DNA of 64,000 bases from Octopus sinensis (GCF_006345805.1 NC_042997.1:175460001-175524000); one strand, 5' to 3'; counted from the first letter of the stretch, positions 1 to 13,631 are shown. The notes: generated from the letters alone by a model not told the origin. Translations and numbers: made by a program.

Positions 1-2187
1 CATGGATCACTCTTGAAGTATTTTCAACTAATAACAGATTTTACATACTATGCTGTATGAATTTAGTATTCTTGCCTTCCATTTGTAGAACCATTATTCC
101 TATACACACACCACCACCCCCATTTGGTTGGGGAAGCTTTTTCTTTTGCCCCCCCCCACTCCCCATTTCTCCTATCTCCTTTCGTTTTTGGCATATCTTG
201 CAAGCTTGTTGGCAACATCGCTAGTGCCAGTGACATGAAGGTAGGAAGCAGGAAAAAGGCACCCACTACAAAGTGGCTAGTGTTACCTAGAGAATCCAGC
301 TGTAGAAGCCATGCCAAAGCTAACACTGGAGCTTCAATGCAGCCTTACAGCTCACTGGAGTCTGATGAACCATCCAGTCTATGCCAGCATAGAAGATGAA
401 CATCAAATGTTTATGATTATGTGTATGTGTGTGTGTAGGAGTGTTCAAGGTCTTAAACCTAAAATATCCTCTCCAGTATCATAATAAACTAAATAAACAC
501 ACCTATTTCATTGCATTTCAATGGTTGATGGCAGAAAGGGCGTAAGCCCATATCCAACACACTACTTCAGCCCAAGTTGTATGCAGTACAATGCAGGCTT
601 GAGATATGTACAAATACTGCTGTATTGCTAGTCTTCCTATAACCCACACCATTAGGAAAATGTCATAAGATTGTAAATACTGTAATATACAATAAAGAAT
701 AAATACTACACATATATATATACACCTGTTTCTCTTGAAAAATTGGAGGCTAGAACACATCATAGAAATTTTGCTGTTATTCCAGTATATGTTTCTGTGT
801 CAAAAGGACAAAAGAATAGCACAATATTGTTTTAAGAAACTGGGATGAGTTCTTAATAGAAATGTATGAGTGACCAAACAATTACTAAAGCAAGGATTGG
901 GGGAGAAAAAAAAGAATTAAACAGGAAAGCAAGATATTGAAAAAGCTGATACAATAAATTGTATTAGTTAATTGTCATCGTAGCTATCCTGGTCAATGGT
1001 TTGTATGTTGTATTTCCTATGCTTTTAGCATTTATGGAATTTGTCCTTTATTTCTTATACATAAATAGATAAGGCAGTGTGCTGTTATCTGTGTGGTGAC
1101 CATAATATGAGACTTTAAAGATAAATGTTGTTATAATGGCATGAATTTTAAATGTTTTACTTGTTTCTGTCATTGGACTGCAGCCAAGTTGGGTCACTAC
1201 TTCGAAGGATTTTTAGCTGAACAGATCAACTCCAGTGTATATTTTAAGTCTGATACTTATTCTACCAGTCTCTTTTTGCTGAAACACTAATCACAGGACT
1301 ATAAGTAAAGCAACACCAGTTGCTAAGCAATGGGAGGTGGGGGTGACAATCACAACCATAAAGACACATCCACACACACTGAGTTATGTATACACACAGA
1401 TGCCTTCCTCACATTTCCATCTACCAAATTTATTTCTCACAAGATACTGGCCCGTCTGAGGCTATAGCAGAAGACACTTGCCCAAGGTGTCATATAGTGT
1501 GACTAAACCTGAAACCATGTAGTCATGTCTGCACCTAACTATTAAAAAGTAAAATAGAATTATTTTAAATATTAGTGTTAAAGGCACCAAATCGGTAGTC
1601 ATTAGAGTGTTGGATAGAATGGTTTATAAATTTTGTTTGAGTTTTGTCCTCTGCACTCTGACTCCAAGTCCTGCCAAGGTCAAATTGGTTTGTCTCCTTT
1701 GTGGTCAATAAATAAATTAACAGTTAAGTGGGTGTTGATTCATCTCTCTCTCTCTCCCTCTTTCTCTCTCCCTCTTTCTCTCTCTCTCTCTCTCAACTAC
1801 AATATGCTGTGAGAAGGGTCATGGTGAACACTCACCTCAGTGACCCTTTCTCCAGAAAGAGAGTAAGATTAAGTGAGGGCTTGCAGTCCAGTCCCTTCTC
1901 TTGGACAAAACTTATATGCTTACTGGAACCATCCCAGTTGGAATTATATGGAATACACCATCTAACAGAAATTTTTTTAAATGTTGGTGGTTTTTAACAT
2001 TTGATACAGATACTATAGAAAGTGATGGAAAATGCTGGAGAGCATGGATGTAAAAATGAATGGGAACTTGTTTAGAAGAAATTCAACTAATGCATATATT
2101 GTTTGTTTTCTAAAGCTCATAAAGTTACTTCTAGTTTTACAATATTCATGATGGTTTTTTTTTGTTAATTATATCAATCTCTGTGAA

Positions 2188-2523
2188 GGCACATGGCTCA
2201 GTGGTTAGAACGTTGAGCTTACGATTGTGAGGTTGTGAGTTTGAATCCTGGACTGGGCTGTGTGTTGTGTTGTGTTCTTCAGCAAGACACTTTATTTCAC
2301 GTTACTCCAGTTCACTCAGCTGTAGGAAAGAGTTGCGATGTCACTGGTGCCAAGCTGTATCTAGTGTTGCCTTTCCCTTGGATAACACTGGTGGCGTGGA
2401 GAGGGGAAGCCGTTATGCATGGGTGACTGCTGGTCTTCCATAAACAAACTTGCCCGGACTTGTGCCTGGGAAGGTAGCTTTCTAAGTGCAATCCCACAGT
2501 CAGTCATGACCGAAGGGGGTCTC
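2188..2523 (+). mobile_element. tRNA-headed SINE (family C here), near full length, CORE-like middle
   Basis: A box (TGGCTCAGTGG) and B-box-like GTTTGAATCC. An 11-bp direct repeat ATATCAATCTC flanks it (2171-2181, 2525-2535). A second, 5'-truncated copy lies at about 27566-27835. Confidence 0.85.
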
Positions 2524-3331
2524 AATATCAATCTCCATGCTTAATCTGATACTTATTTAATCAACTTGAGAAGGGATGAAAAAGAAAAAGTAGTCAACAG
2601 GGTGTAGAGGGAGACAACCAATACAGATTAAAATAATACAAGGTATCTTCATTTCAGCTATTTTTTGGTATCCATGTCAATTCTCTCTCTCCCTCTCAAC
2701 AAATATCACCAGATTTGAACTCAGAATGTTAAAAGCCAGAACAAATGCCAGGAAGTATATTGTCTTGTGATATAACTATTCTGCCAATCCACTGTCCTTA
2801 ATATAGTTTATTGTATTTCATCTATTTTCCCATGGTTGTACAGTTAGGTTAGGTTTTTCTTGATGTAAAGCATATTAACACCTGGATGCACTTCTTATTA
2901 CTAACTAATCAACTGTAAAGTAGGAGAGGGCGACATCTTTGTTAATCAGGTACAATGGACGAATTAATAAGAGTTAGGTTCCTTGTTCAAGGCTAAAACA
3001 CAATAGCTTCGCCAACCATTCATCTTTCACAAAGGTTCAAAATAGAAGTTTGCTTTGCACACATTCATATACATGCATGTGTGTGCATGAATGCTACTCT
3101 TCTATGTGCTTTGATCCAATATTCTTCTTTAGAAGATAGAACAAAGAAAATTGTTTTATATATATATATACACACTTTCATGAAATCCCAGCAACAGATA
3201 TATAGCAGTTACTGTTAGTTCTATTATTGATTTCTATATAACTGTTCACCTAATTTATGTATAATCTTAAGCAGGAATTAGCTCAAGCCCATGTGTAATT
3301 GCACTTTTGATTATATTTGTTTACTTATGAT

Positions 3332-3389
<58 letters not shown>

Positions 3390-3848
3390 TCATCTGAGCA
3401 GAAAAGGATGGAACCAAATACCACAAGGTATATTTTTGATTGATGTACCTATTTTGCTTCCATCTTTTTCCTATATATACTTATATAAGCACAGGTATGG
3501 CTGTGTGGTTAAGAAGCTCACTTTACAACCATGCTGTTTTGGGTTCAGTCCAACTGTGCAGCACCTTGGGCAAGTGTCTTCCATTATAACCCTGGACTGA
3601 CCAATATCTTCTGGATATTTTTTTATTCTTTTACTTGTTTCAGTCATTTGACTGCGGCCATGCTGGAGCACTGCCTTGAAACGTTTTTAGTCAAACAAAT
3701 CAACCTCAGGACTTATTTTTTAAAGCCTAATACTTATTCTATCTTCTTTTTTACCGAACTGCTAAGTTACAGGGACCTAAACGCACCAATACTGATTGTT
3801 AAGCACTGATGAGGGTACAAACACAGATAGAAAGACACACACATGGAT

Positions 3849-6268
3849 ATCATCATCATCATCATCATCATCATTTAGCGTCCGTTTTCCATGCTAGCAT
3901 GGGTTGGACGGTTCAACTGGGGTCTGGGGAGCCCGAAGGCTGCACCAGGCCAGTCAGATCTGGCAGTGTTTCTACAGCTGGATGCCCTTCCTAACGCCAA
4001 CCACTCCGAGAGTGTAGTGGGTGATTTTATGTGCCACCGACACAGGTGCCAGACGAGGCTGGCGAACGGCCACGCTCGGATGGTGTTTTTATGTGCCACC
4101 GACACAGGTGCCAGACGAGGCTGGCAGACGGCCACGCTCGGATGGTGTTTTTATGTGCCACCGACACAGGTGCCAGATGAGGCTGGCGGACGGCCACGAT
4201 CGGATGGTGTTTGTTACGTCCCCAAAGCACGGAGGCCAGTCTATGCGGTACTGGCTACGGCCACGTTCGGATGATTTTCTTGTGTGCCACCGGCACTGGT
4301 ACCACAAAGATACAAATTCCATTTATGTTCATCTATTTTGATTTGTTTTGATTTGATTTGATTTGATTTGATTTGATTTTCACTTGCCTCAACAGGTCTT
4401 CACAAGTGTCACAAGAAGGAAGGTATGCATAGGTGGACTGTCTACGTCGCCGGGTCTTCGGATGGTGTCTTTATGTGCCACCGACACAGGTGCCAGATGT
4501 GGCTGGCGAACGGCCACGATCGGATGGTTTTCTTGTGTGCCACCGGTACTGGAACCACAAAGATACAAATTCCATTGATGTTCATCTATTTTGATTTGGT
4601 TTGATTTTCACTTGCCTCAACAGGTCTTCACAAGTGTCACGCGTGTCACACACTTGCCTCAACAGGTCTCCACAAGTGTCACACACTTGCCTCTGCCTCA
4701 ACAGGTCTTCACAAGTGTCACACACTTGCCTCTGCCTCAACAGGTCTTCACAAGTGTCATAAGAGGGAAGGTAAGCACAGGTGGACTGACTACGTCGCCG
4801 GGTCTTTGGATGGTGGTGGTGTTTTTATGTGCCACCGACACAGGTGCCAGGTGAGGCTGGCGAACGGCCACGATCAGATGGTGTTTGTTGTGCCCACAGC
4901 ACGGAGGCCAGTCGACGGCCACGTTCGGATGGTTTTCTTGTGTGCCACCGGTACTGGAACCACAAAGATACAAATTCCATTGATATTCATCTATTTTGAT
5001 TTGGTTTGATTTTCACTTGCCTCAACAGGTCTTCACAAGGGTCACACACTTGCCTCAACAGGTCTCCACAAGTGTCACACACTTGCCTCTGCCTCAACAG
5101 GTCTTCACAAGTGTCACACACTTGCCTCAACAGGTCTTCACAAGTGTCATAAGAGGGAAGGTATGCACAGGTGGACTGACTACGTCGCCGGGTCTTCGGA
5201 TGGTGTCTTTATGTGCCAGATGAGGCTGGCGAACGGCCACGATCGGATGGTGTGTGTGTTGTGCCCACAGCACGGAGGCCAGTCGATGCGGTACTGGTTA
5301 CGGCCACGTTTGGGTGGTTTTCTTGTGTGCCACCGGCACTGGTACCACGAAGAATACAATTCCACTGATGTTCATCTATTTTGATTTGTTTTGATTTGAT
5401 TTGATTTTCACTTGCCTCAACAGGTCTTCATAAGTGTCACAAGAAGGAAGGTATGCACAGGACTGACTACGTCCCCGGTCGGGGCCACGGGTTATGGCCT
5501 GACTAGTCTTGCCGGGTCTTCTCATGCACAGCATACTTCCATAGGTCTCGGTCTCTAGACATTTCCTTAGTGAGACCTAAAGTTCGAAGGTCGTGCTTCA
5601 CCACCTCGTCCCAGGTTTTCCTGGGTCTACCTCTTCCACAGGTTCCCTCCACTGCTAGGGTGTAGCACTTTTGCACACAACTATCTTCAGCCTTTTGCAC
5701 ACAACTATCTTCAGCCTTTCTTGTCACATGACCATACCAGCGCAGCCGTCTCTCTTGCACGCCACAACTGACGCTTCTTAGGTTCAACTTTTCTCTCAAG
5801 GAACTTACACTCTGACGATTATGAACACTGACATTACACATCCATCGGAGCATACTGGCTTCATTTCTTGCGAGCTTACGCATATCCTCAGCAGTCACGG
5901 CCCATGTTTCACTACCATGTAGCATGGCTGTACGTACACATGCATCATACAGTCTGCCTTTTACTCTGAGCGAGAGGCCTTTTGTCACCAGCAGGGGTAA
6001 GAGCTCTCTAAACTTTGCCCAGGCTATTCTTACTCTAGCAGTTACACTTTCAGCACACCCACCCCCGCTACTGACTTGGTCTCCTAGGTAGCGGAAGCTA
6101 TCAACTACTTCTAGTTTGTCTCCCTGGAACGTGGCAGAAGTTGGTCTCTGCATATTTCCAGTGTTTATTGCTCCTGAGCATTTGCCACAGACAAAAACTA
6201 TTTTCCTAGTTAGCCTTCCTTTGACATTGCTGCACCTCTTATGTGTCCATAGCTTACACTTGGTGCAT

Positions 6269-6269
<1 letters not shown>
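3849..6269 (-). mobile_element. 5'-truncated RTE-clade LINE with (TGA)n tail and tandemly expanded 3' region
   Basis: (CAT)n at the left end, a C-terminal ORF2 remnant at 5503-6269 and truncation at a (TA)n run. The same 3' tail recurs at 13.85 kb and 51.7 kb. Confidence 0.93.
5503..6269 (-). pseudogene. RTE LINE ORF2 C-terminal fragment (post-RT region)
   Basis: ORF ...LEVVDSFRYLG...KGRLYDACVRTAMLHGSETW...RRLRWYGHV...GRGRPRKTW. The frame stays open upstream of the listed Met: RCTKCKLWTHKRCSNVKGRLTRKIVFVCGKCSG. Confidence 0.92.
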
Positions 6270-6310
<41 letters not shown>

Positions 6311-7247
6311 AATATATATATATATGTACGTACATATATACACAGCAGGCATCTTTCAGTTTCTGTCTAACAAATCCACTCACAAGGCTTTGGTTAGCCC
6401 AAAGCTTTAGTAGAAGACACTTGCCCAAGGTACCTTGCAGTGGGACTGAACCCAGATCCATGTGGTTGGGAAGCAAGCTTCATACCACACAGCCACTCCT
6501 GCATGTATTTTTCCTGCAAATTTGTTCACAAATCTCTGCAGGCTTGTCTATATTTTGCACTCTTTGTGTCTGAGCCTATTTATCTACCTGAAAATATGTC
6601 TATAAATTTCTGTATGTGAATGTGTGCATGCCCTAATTTTTTCATAAGAGCTTCTAGGTATGCCTGCCCACTTTTGTATGTTTATATGCAGTTGTGTGTT
6701 TGTGTGTGTGTTTCTATATTTATTGCTTGTGTATTTCTGTGTATACATATCTTTGTATTTGTGTATGTTTACATTGATAAGTGTGAAGTTGTTCTATACC
6801 TGCCTTCATTCCCTACTTAAGTCACCTTCCTTTGTGGAATCTATGACAAACTTTGTCATTAATAAAACAATGGTGTTCCCATGGACAACCGAATTTAAAT
6901 GCCTCTTATTGCCTCAAATACAAAACAAAAGTACCGCAACATCAAACTCACACACACTTATCATTTTATGTGTTTTCTTTTTGTCATGCTTCCATGAATA
7001 GATGGGTCGTCTTCAGTTTAGTGTCTTATCACTCGTTACAGTTACCTTTCAGCTGCTTTGTGAGATTCAGCCTCCTGGGATCAGCCTTAAGCATTTCTTC
7101 TCATGTCTACTTCACTCTGTCTTCTCAACAGCTTCCTTCAATCTTGGTAGCTTTACTCATGGTTCCAGGTTCAGTCCTATTGCATGGCACCCTGGGCAAC
7201 CAAAGCGTGATGAGTGGATTTGGTAGACAAAAACTGAAAAAACCCTG

Positions 7248-7286
<39 letters not shown>

Positions 7287-7779
7287 ATAATATAAATATA
7301 TGCATATACACATATATGTACATAATTACAGCTATATGTATATATACATGTATATATGGGTACAGGACATCAAAAAAATGTTGAACACAATGAGAAACGA
7401 AAACATAAAAACAAATACATGGAAACAAACTTTTTTTCAAACAATGAAAAAAAAGAAAAGACATACAACACAAGAAATATTCCCCTTCTTCAGTTGTCCC
7501 TGTTTCATCTACTACGTGTTTATATATATATATATATATCTGTGTGTGTCGTTGCCCCTAACCACTGCTTGAAAACTGGTGTTGGTGTGTTTACATCCTT
7601 GTAACTTAACAGTTTAGCAAAAGATACCAATTGAATAAGTGTCATGCTTAACAAAAGAGAAATAAGTATTGGGGTCAACTGATTCAACTAAAACTTCTTT
7701 AAGGCAGTGCCCCCAGCATAGCCATAGTCTAATGACTGAAACAAGTAAAAAACAAAAGACAACTGATCCTTCTTACACC

Positions 7780-8250
7780 CAGCTTTCCTCTCAGCTCATT
7801 TGTGCTCCTTTGATCATTCACACTTATATTATACAAGCTGAGTAAGCTTCCCGGCCTCTGTACATCCTATTCATTCAACACCCATGTTTCACTACCATAC
7901 AGTATCTTACATCATACACAAACATCATACTCCTTTGTTGGCAGCAAAGGTAATAGCTCTTTGGACTGTTTCCACTTTATTCATACTCTGACCACTGTGC
8001 TTTCGGAACTTCCACGTCAACTGTTGATAAGGTCACCTTGATAACAAAAGCTATCAACTACTTCTTGGTATCCTTCCAAGTGTCTGAAGGATGGTATTTC
8101 ATGGCTACTCATACTGTTAACTTGTATGTCATTCCTCTGCATCTTGGATGCACTCATAAGTTACACTGTATGGATTTCCTAATACCTTTTCTGCATATCA
8201 AGCATGGATGGCTTCTTCCTAAATATCAGTAGTGTCCCATCTTCTTGTTA
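7780..8250 (-). mobile_element. Highly degenerate RTE LINE fragment
   Basis: Nucleotide similarity to 5880-6130 (e.g. CCCATGTTTCACTACCAT, AAGCTATCAACTACTTCT). Confidence 0.65.
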
Positions 8251-9620
8251 AGATTTTTCTCTTTGTTAAGTTTACCTTAAGGCCTCTCAATTCTAGGCCT
8301 TAGTTTCATGTTTGTAATTTTTTCAGTGGGACCTATGAGAACTAGGTCATTGGCATACTGGAGTTCCCACAGGCAACCAATTTTAAACCCATTTTATTGC
8401 CTCAAATACAAAATAAACAGTACAACAACAAAAACAAAGTAAACATGCATTCTAGTAGTAGTAGTAGTAGTAGTAAAGCAATCAGTTTGTAGAGTTGTTA
8501 GAGCAACAGATAGAATGCTTGTGATATTTATTCCATCTTTGCACTCTGAGCTCGAATCTCTCCTAGGCAAACTTTGTCCTTCATCCTTTTTATAGTTGAT
8601 AAGTAAAGTACCAGCCCAACACTACTCTCTATTTTATCTTTCACTTTGTTACATCATAAGTCTCATAATATCATCTGTTGAGTGAAGAGTAGGAGGGCCT
8701 TTGGGTCTGCTCATGACCATTAGTGAAAGCATAGTATGTGCTACTAAATCATCCTTGATTACAAGTGATAATAGTAGTAGTGGTGGTGGTGGTGGCAGTG
8801 GTGGCAGCAACAACAACAACTACACTTGTTCTTCAACTCAGATTCCCCAGTTATTTCTCTGTTGAATTTAAAAGTTAGAGAACAAATATAAGGTGAAATA
8901 TAAGAAGATAATGTTTCCTGGTTCAGGTACAGTTTTCTTCATTTACGCCTCACTTACTGTCATTGCCCTCATCCGGAACTGACCCAGAAACACAATAGAG
9001 AGAATAATAAAAGTGGGTAACCTTAGCTCTGTTATAACCTTAGCTTTGTTACCTGATCTCTTAGAAATAGCCCTAAGACCTTCCTCGAATTAGAACACAC
9101 TATCTTAAAAAAAATGTAATAAAAAAAAGATACATTGGATAAGGTAGTCGTGGACATAAGGAAAGATGGGATTGCCAAGGCTGGAACAGCTTTGATCACA
9201 CACACACATGCTAACTAACATTCTCTCATTCACAAACATATACAGGATTTTTTTCTAAATATATTTATGGTTAAAGGGATTTGATATATATAGTATTTCT
9301 GACATGTAGCAAAGAAAAGGGTATAAGTTTTGTGGATCAGTATTAATTATGGTGGTAACGGTACAATTACATCTTAGAAAATACATTGATTTTTAGCATA
9401 ATTTTGAACACAAGAATATAGGTCCTCTGTATAGTAGTTTGACCTACTTGACTACTCTTCCCTTCTAAGCACATTCTATGGTCTTTAAAAAAAGTTCACA
9501 TTAGATAATATCATACCTGAAAAAACAATGGGTGTTCAAGGCTGAATCACAGAAGTCTGTTTGCTCAGGCTTGACCTGGAGTTAAACAATAACAAAAGCA
9601 TAGATTCTTTATAAGAATAT

Positions 9621-10345
9621 ACAGGGTATGGTATATAAATTGTTGTCTAAATTATGAAAAACTGAAAATATCACTGACATCTCATTTTGACATATATTTA
9701 ACAAAATTATATAAAAATATCTTAAAATACTAAAGAGTAAATTTATTCAAGAAAATCGCCATTGGCTTCAACCTCCACCGCCAGATGACTTCAGAATCTC
9801 CTGCAACTCTTCTGGATGGTCTCCTTGTTTAAGTTGGTGAATGCTGCCATAACCCTTGTCCTCAATTCATGTTTGGTGTTACAAAGAGTTTTGTTGGTCT
9901 CACTCAACTGTGCCCCACACATAATAATAATCAAGGGGGCTGCAGTCTGGGCAGTTAGGTGGCCAGATGTTAAGGGTGATGTGGTCACAGAAATTGTCTG
10001 ACAGCCATGACTGGGTTCTCCTGCTTGTGTGGCATGGTGCAGAGTCCTGTTGCCAGACATAGGGTCTTGCAGCAGCCACCTTCTTGACCCAGGGCAGCAC
10101 AACCTCCTCTGGACACTTGATGTAGGCTTCCGTGTTGAGTCTGAGGCCATATGGGAAGATGAACGGAGGCATAACATCACCATCACTAGTGATCACTCCA
10201 AACAACATGATGTTGACTGGATGTTTGATTTTTATCACTCTCGATACATGTTTTGGGGACACAGCAAACACTCAGATTGACACCCAAACACTCTGAAATT
10301 GGAGCTTCCATTGCGAATGCCAAACAGTACAGCATGTCATTTTCA
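9621..10345 (-). mobile_element. Internally deleted Tc1/mariner element, DD37D (maT-like)
   Basis: TA-CAGGG terminus at 9621. The transposase remnant 9900-10271 reads WQQDSAPCHTS...WPPNCPDCSPLDYY, with 37 residues between the 2nd and 3rd catalytic Asp. A C-terminal CRRF*SHL..VEANGDFLE remnant is also visible. Confidence 0.88.
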
Positions 10346-10459
10346 AATTTTGCTCAAGAACACGAGACACTGCTGGCATGGGAATTGAAACCTTGATCTT
10401 TCAATTGTGAGTGCAACACCCTAACCACTAAGCCACATACCTTCTAAAGATACATATGG

Positions 10460-10826
10460 AAATTGTAGTTGTAACCGATGCCAGTGCTGCCTGACTGGCT
10501 CTCGTGCTGGTCACATGCAATAAGCACCATTCATTCATGGGTTGTTGCAGTGTTTCCTGACTGGCTCCCAGTGCTGGTGGCACGTAAAAAGCACCATCTG
10601 AACGTGGCCGATACCAGTGCTGCCTGACTGGCTCCCTTGCCGGTGGCATGTAAAAAGCACCTACTACACTCTCGGAGTGGTTGGCATTAGGTAGGGCATC
10701 CAGCTGTAGAAACCTTGTCAGATCAGATTGGAGCTTAGTGTGGCGTCCTGGCTTGTCAGTCCCCAGTCAAACCATCCAACCCATGCCAGCATGGAAAATA
10801 GACATTAAACAATGATGATGATGATG
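10460..10826 (+). mobile_element. RTE-type LINE 3' tail fragment
   Basis: Ends in CCAACCCATGCCAGCATGGAAAATAGACATTAAACAA(TGA)n and carries the GTGGCACGTAAAAAGCACC subrepeats. Confidence 0.8.
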
Positions 10827-11729
10827 TCTAGGGAATATTCAGCTGTATATATGTTGATTTAGTCAAGTAAGTAGTCAAGTTGATCAAACAACTGAATACT
10901 CGTCATTGAAACCAATGGAGATTGATTTACTTGACTTACGTGTGCCTGTGTATGTGTAACTCTCACTTAAGATTAAGTATGTCAGTTACCTATATACATC
11001 TGATAGAATTTCAGATATTTCATTTATCCATTTATCAGTAGGGATTGGTGTTCTATATTATTGTTGTTTGGTAACTTGTCTTTACTCACGTTGTCATTTT
11101 CACAAGCGAAAGCAGCAGCAACAATGACAACAATAAATAGAAAAGAAAGCAAAGCTGGCCAAGGCCGACACTGACTATAAGCAAAACAACAACAGCACTA
11201 ATAATAATAATAATAATGATAATAATAATAATAATAATTTTTTGCAATATCCTGTCACTTGGATAAATAATGGCTTGAAAAGTTATGTACCTCATGAATG
11301 TACTGAAAGACCTCTTCAGATTGTATTCTTGAAAGATTATTTTGGAGGCAGATAAACAAGAAGGAGAATGTAAAATTTTGGATTCAGCTATAGTTCTTTT
11401 CTGGACCACTAACTTCATTTTTAGAGATGGAAGTGTTTTTTTCTTTTTCATTTTTAGCCATTTACATCAATATCACATTAGAGTAACAGGGTAAATGGAT
11501 GTAAATAAAGAAGAAAATATAAATGTTCATCTACAGATGAATAGTCCAATTCATGACCGGAAGAAAAGAAATAAATGATAAAGTAATAGGTTTGGTGATG
11601 CAAACAGAAAAATAGAACTCAAAATATGTCTATATATGTAATTCAGTTGGTTATTAATAAGAAAACATATATAAAATATTTCATTGGATAATGGAGATGA
11701 CCAACTCAATAGAATAGTAGCTAAGATGC

Positions 11730-11959
11730 TTAACCCTTTTGATACCAACCCGCCTGAAACTGCCTCTGGTTCTGTAGTACAATTGTTTTGTTTTCAAAAG
11801 TTCTGAATTAAAATCTTCCACCAAACCTTAGTCACAATTTATGTTCCTAACACTAGCTTAATTATAACTAAGATATTTTACTAAACTCTTTGTTATACTT
11901 TAAATTAATTGAAAGAAACACAGAGTATCTCAGCAGAAATATGGTAACATAAGGGTTAA
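11730..11959. mobile_element. TTAA-flanked (piggyBac-like) MITE, family P1
   Basis: TTAACCCTTT...AAGGGTTAA ends. The interior is the reverse complement of the copies at 12951, 58743 and 61608. Confidence 0.85.
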
Positions 11960-12950
11960 TACTGTAATTCTGAATCATTTTTTTACCTATGGACCCCTGT
12001 GATAACTATTTTATTCTGGTGGACCCCCATAACCAGCCAATCAAACCTAATTTTATAGATACTTCTTTCAAAATTCCTATTTTATTTTTTACAGTAACTT
12101 GTGTAGGATGAACTATGTAAAACATTTGATAAAGGAATTTAGCTGTTTCTTGCATTTTTTCATGGACCCTAACGGTGCTACTGTAGATCGCCAATTTACT
12201 ATTTTGCTTGAGCGGACCTCCAAAAATCTTATATGGGCCCCAGTTGAGAACCACTGCTTTATGGCATCTAGTTTAGTACCTTACTGTTTGCAAGTTCGAA
12301 TCCCTTTATGACTGAGCTTAGTCTTTGTAATCCCATCAGTGGTTACAAAATTGTACATCAAGGAAACATCCAAAGATTGATTCCAATTATTATACACTTC
12401 CTTCAACACAAAAATTGTCCATGTAAAAGTGTTAAAAAATAATATAAACAATTTTGTTAATTAATAAATTTTCTAAATATCCAATTATTATTAGCTACTC
12501 TCAAATATTAATACTAAATGGAACAAAATCAATATTTTGTTATGGCAGCAAGATTTCAGCTTATTCTAATTTTATTATTCTAATATTACTGCTACAACAG
12601 CATTGGATATGGAATGAGCTTTAGTAAGACATCCCTAAGCACTAAGTCAAAAATTCAAACCTCAAGTATATAACTAAATTTACCTACTTCAGCTAAAGGA
12701 CAAGCTGGTAAAATATATATCTGTTGTTCTCTTGGTGTTATGAAGGGCATCTGGCCATAGAAAATCTGTTTCAATGAACTCTGTCCATATCATGCAAGAT
12801 TGAAGAAATGGATATTAAAATTTTGCTTAGTGCTAAACTGGCCCCAGTTGAGTAAACCTATGACCAAAGGCATCCAAGACATGGCCATTCTATCTTATTG
12901 TCATAATATAATAGTGTGTTCTATCCATTTTTTATCCATATAACAATGCT

Positions 12951-13172
12951 TTAACCCTTTCATTACTGTATTTATTTTGAGATGCTCTGTGTTTCTTTCA
13001 ATTACTTTAAATATAACAAAGAATTTAGTAAAATAACATAGTTATCATTCAGCTAGTGTTAGGAACATAAATTGCGACTAAGGTTTGGTGGAAGATTTTA
13101 ATTCAAAACTTATGAAAACAAGACATTTGTACTCAGAGCTAGTTTCAGCAGGGTTGGTAACGAAAGGTTTAA
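12951..13172. mobile_element. TTAA-flanked MITE, family P1
   Basis: TTAACCCTTTCATTAC...GGTAACGAAAGGTTTAA; about 220 bp, matching the other copies. Confidence 0.87.
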
Positions 13173-13631
13173 TTATAAGCATTAATTAGTGATTGCATGA
13201 TTTTAGTTCAAGGGAGGGAAGGAAGAAGGTTTTGTGAGTCGTGAAAATTCATGCCTCTTTTAATTTGTTTATCCACCTTCACTGTCGCTGTCATTGATAA
13301 TACTTTCCTTTGTCACCTCAGAGATGTACAGATTCAATAGGTTTGGTTTGCAGTATCTATTGCCTATTTATTGAATCAACAGTGACTGGAAGCCTATCAA
13401 TATTGGTATTGGACTTAAGGCAGTGAGCTGGCAGAATTGCTAGCACACCAGGCAAAATGCTTGTCCATTTTTATGTTCTGAGTTCAAATTCAACTGAAGT
13501 CGACTTTACTTTTCATCCTTTCAAGGTTGATGAAATCAGTACTAGTTGAGGACTGGGGATGATGTAATGGACTTGCCCCTTCCCCGAAATTATTGGCCTT
13601 GTGCCAATATTTGAAAACAATATTAGTATTG

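Noticed and set aside
477-541. Plus-strand exon candidate YHNKLNKHTYFIAFQWLMAERA with CAG acceptor and GTAAGC donor
   Set aside because: The phase fits the exon preceding the EVI5-like exon, but the sequence shows no resemblance to it and nothing else supports it.
2188-2260. tRNA gene-like sequence (also at 46560-46617 and 50046-50125)
   Set aside because: No complete cloverleaf, and each continues into a repeat body; these are SINE-type heads.
3875-5384. Many overlapping ORFs and a CRISPR-like repeat periodicity
   Set aside because: Units are tandem with no unique spacers, lie inside a LINE 3' tail, and there are no cas genes in this eukaryotic context.
8873-8927. KVKYKKIM resembling EVI5 QVKYNxKKM
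   Set aside because: The similarity is too short, and the splice phase and length do not match the expected exon.
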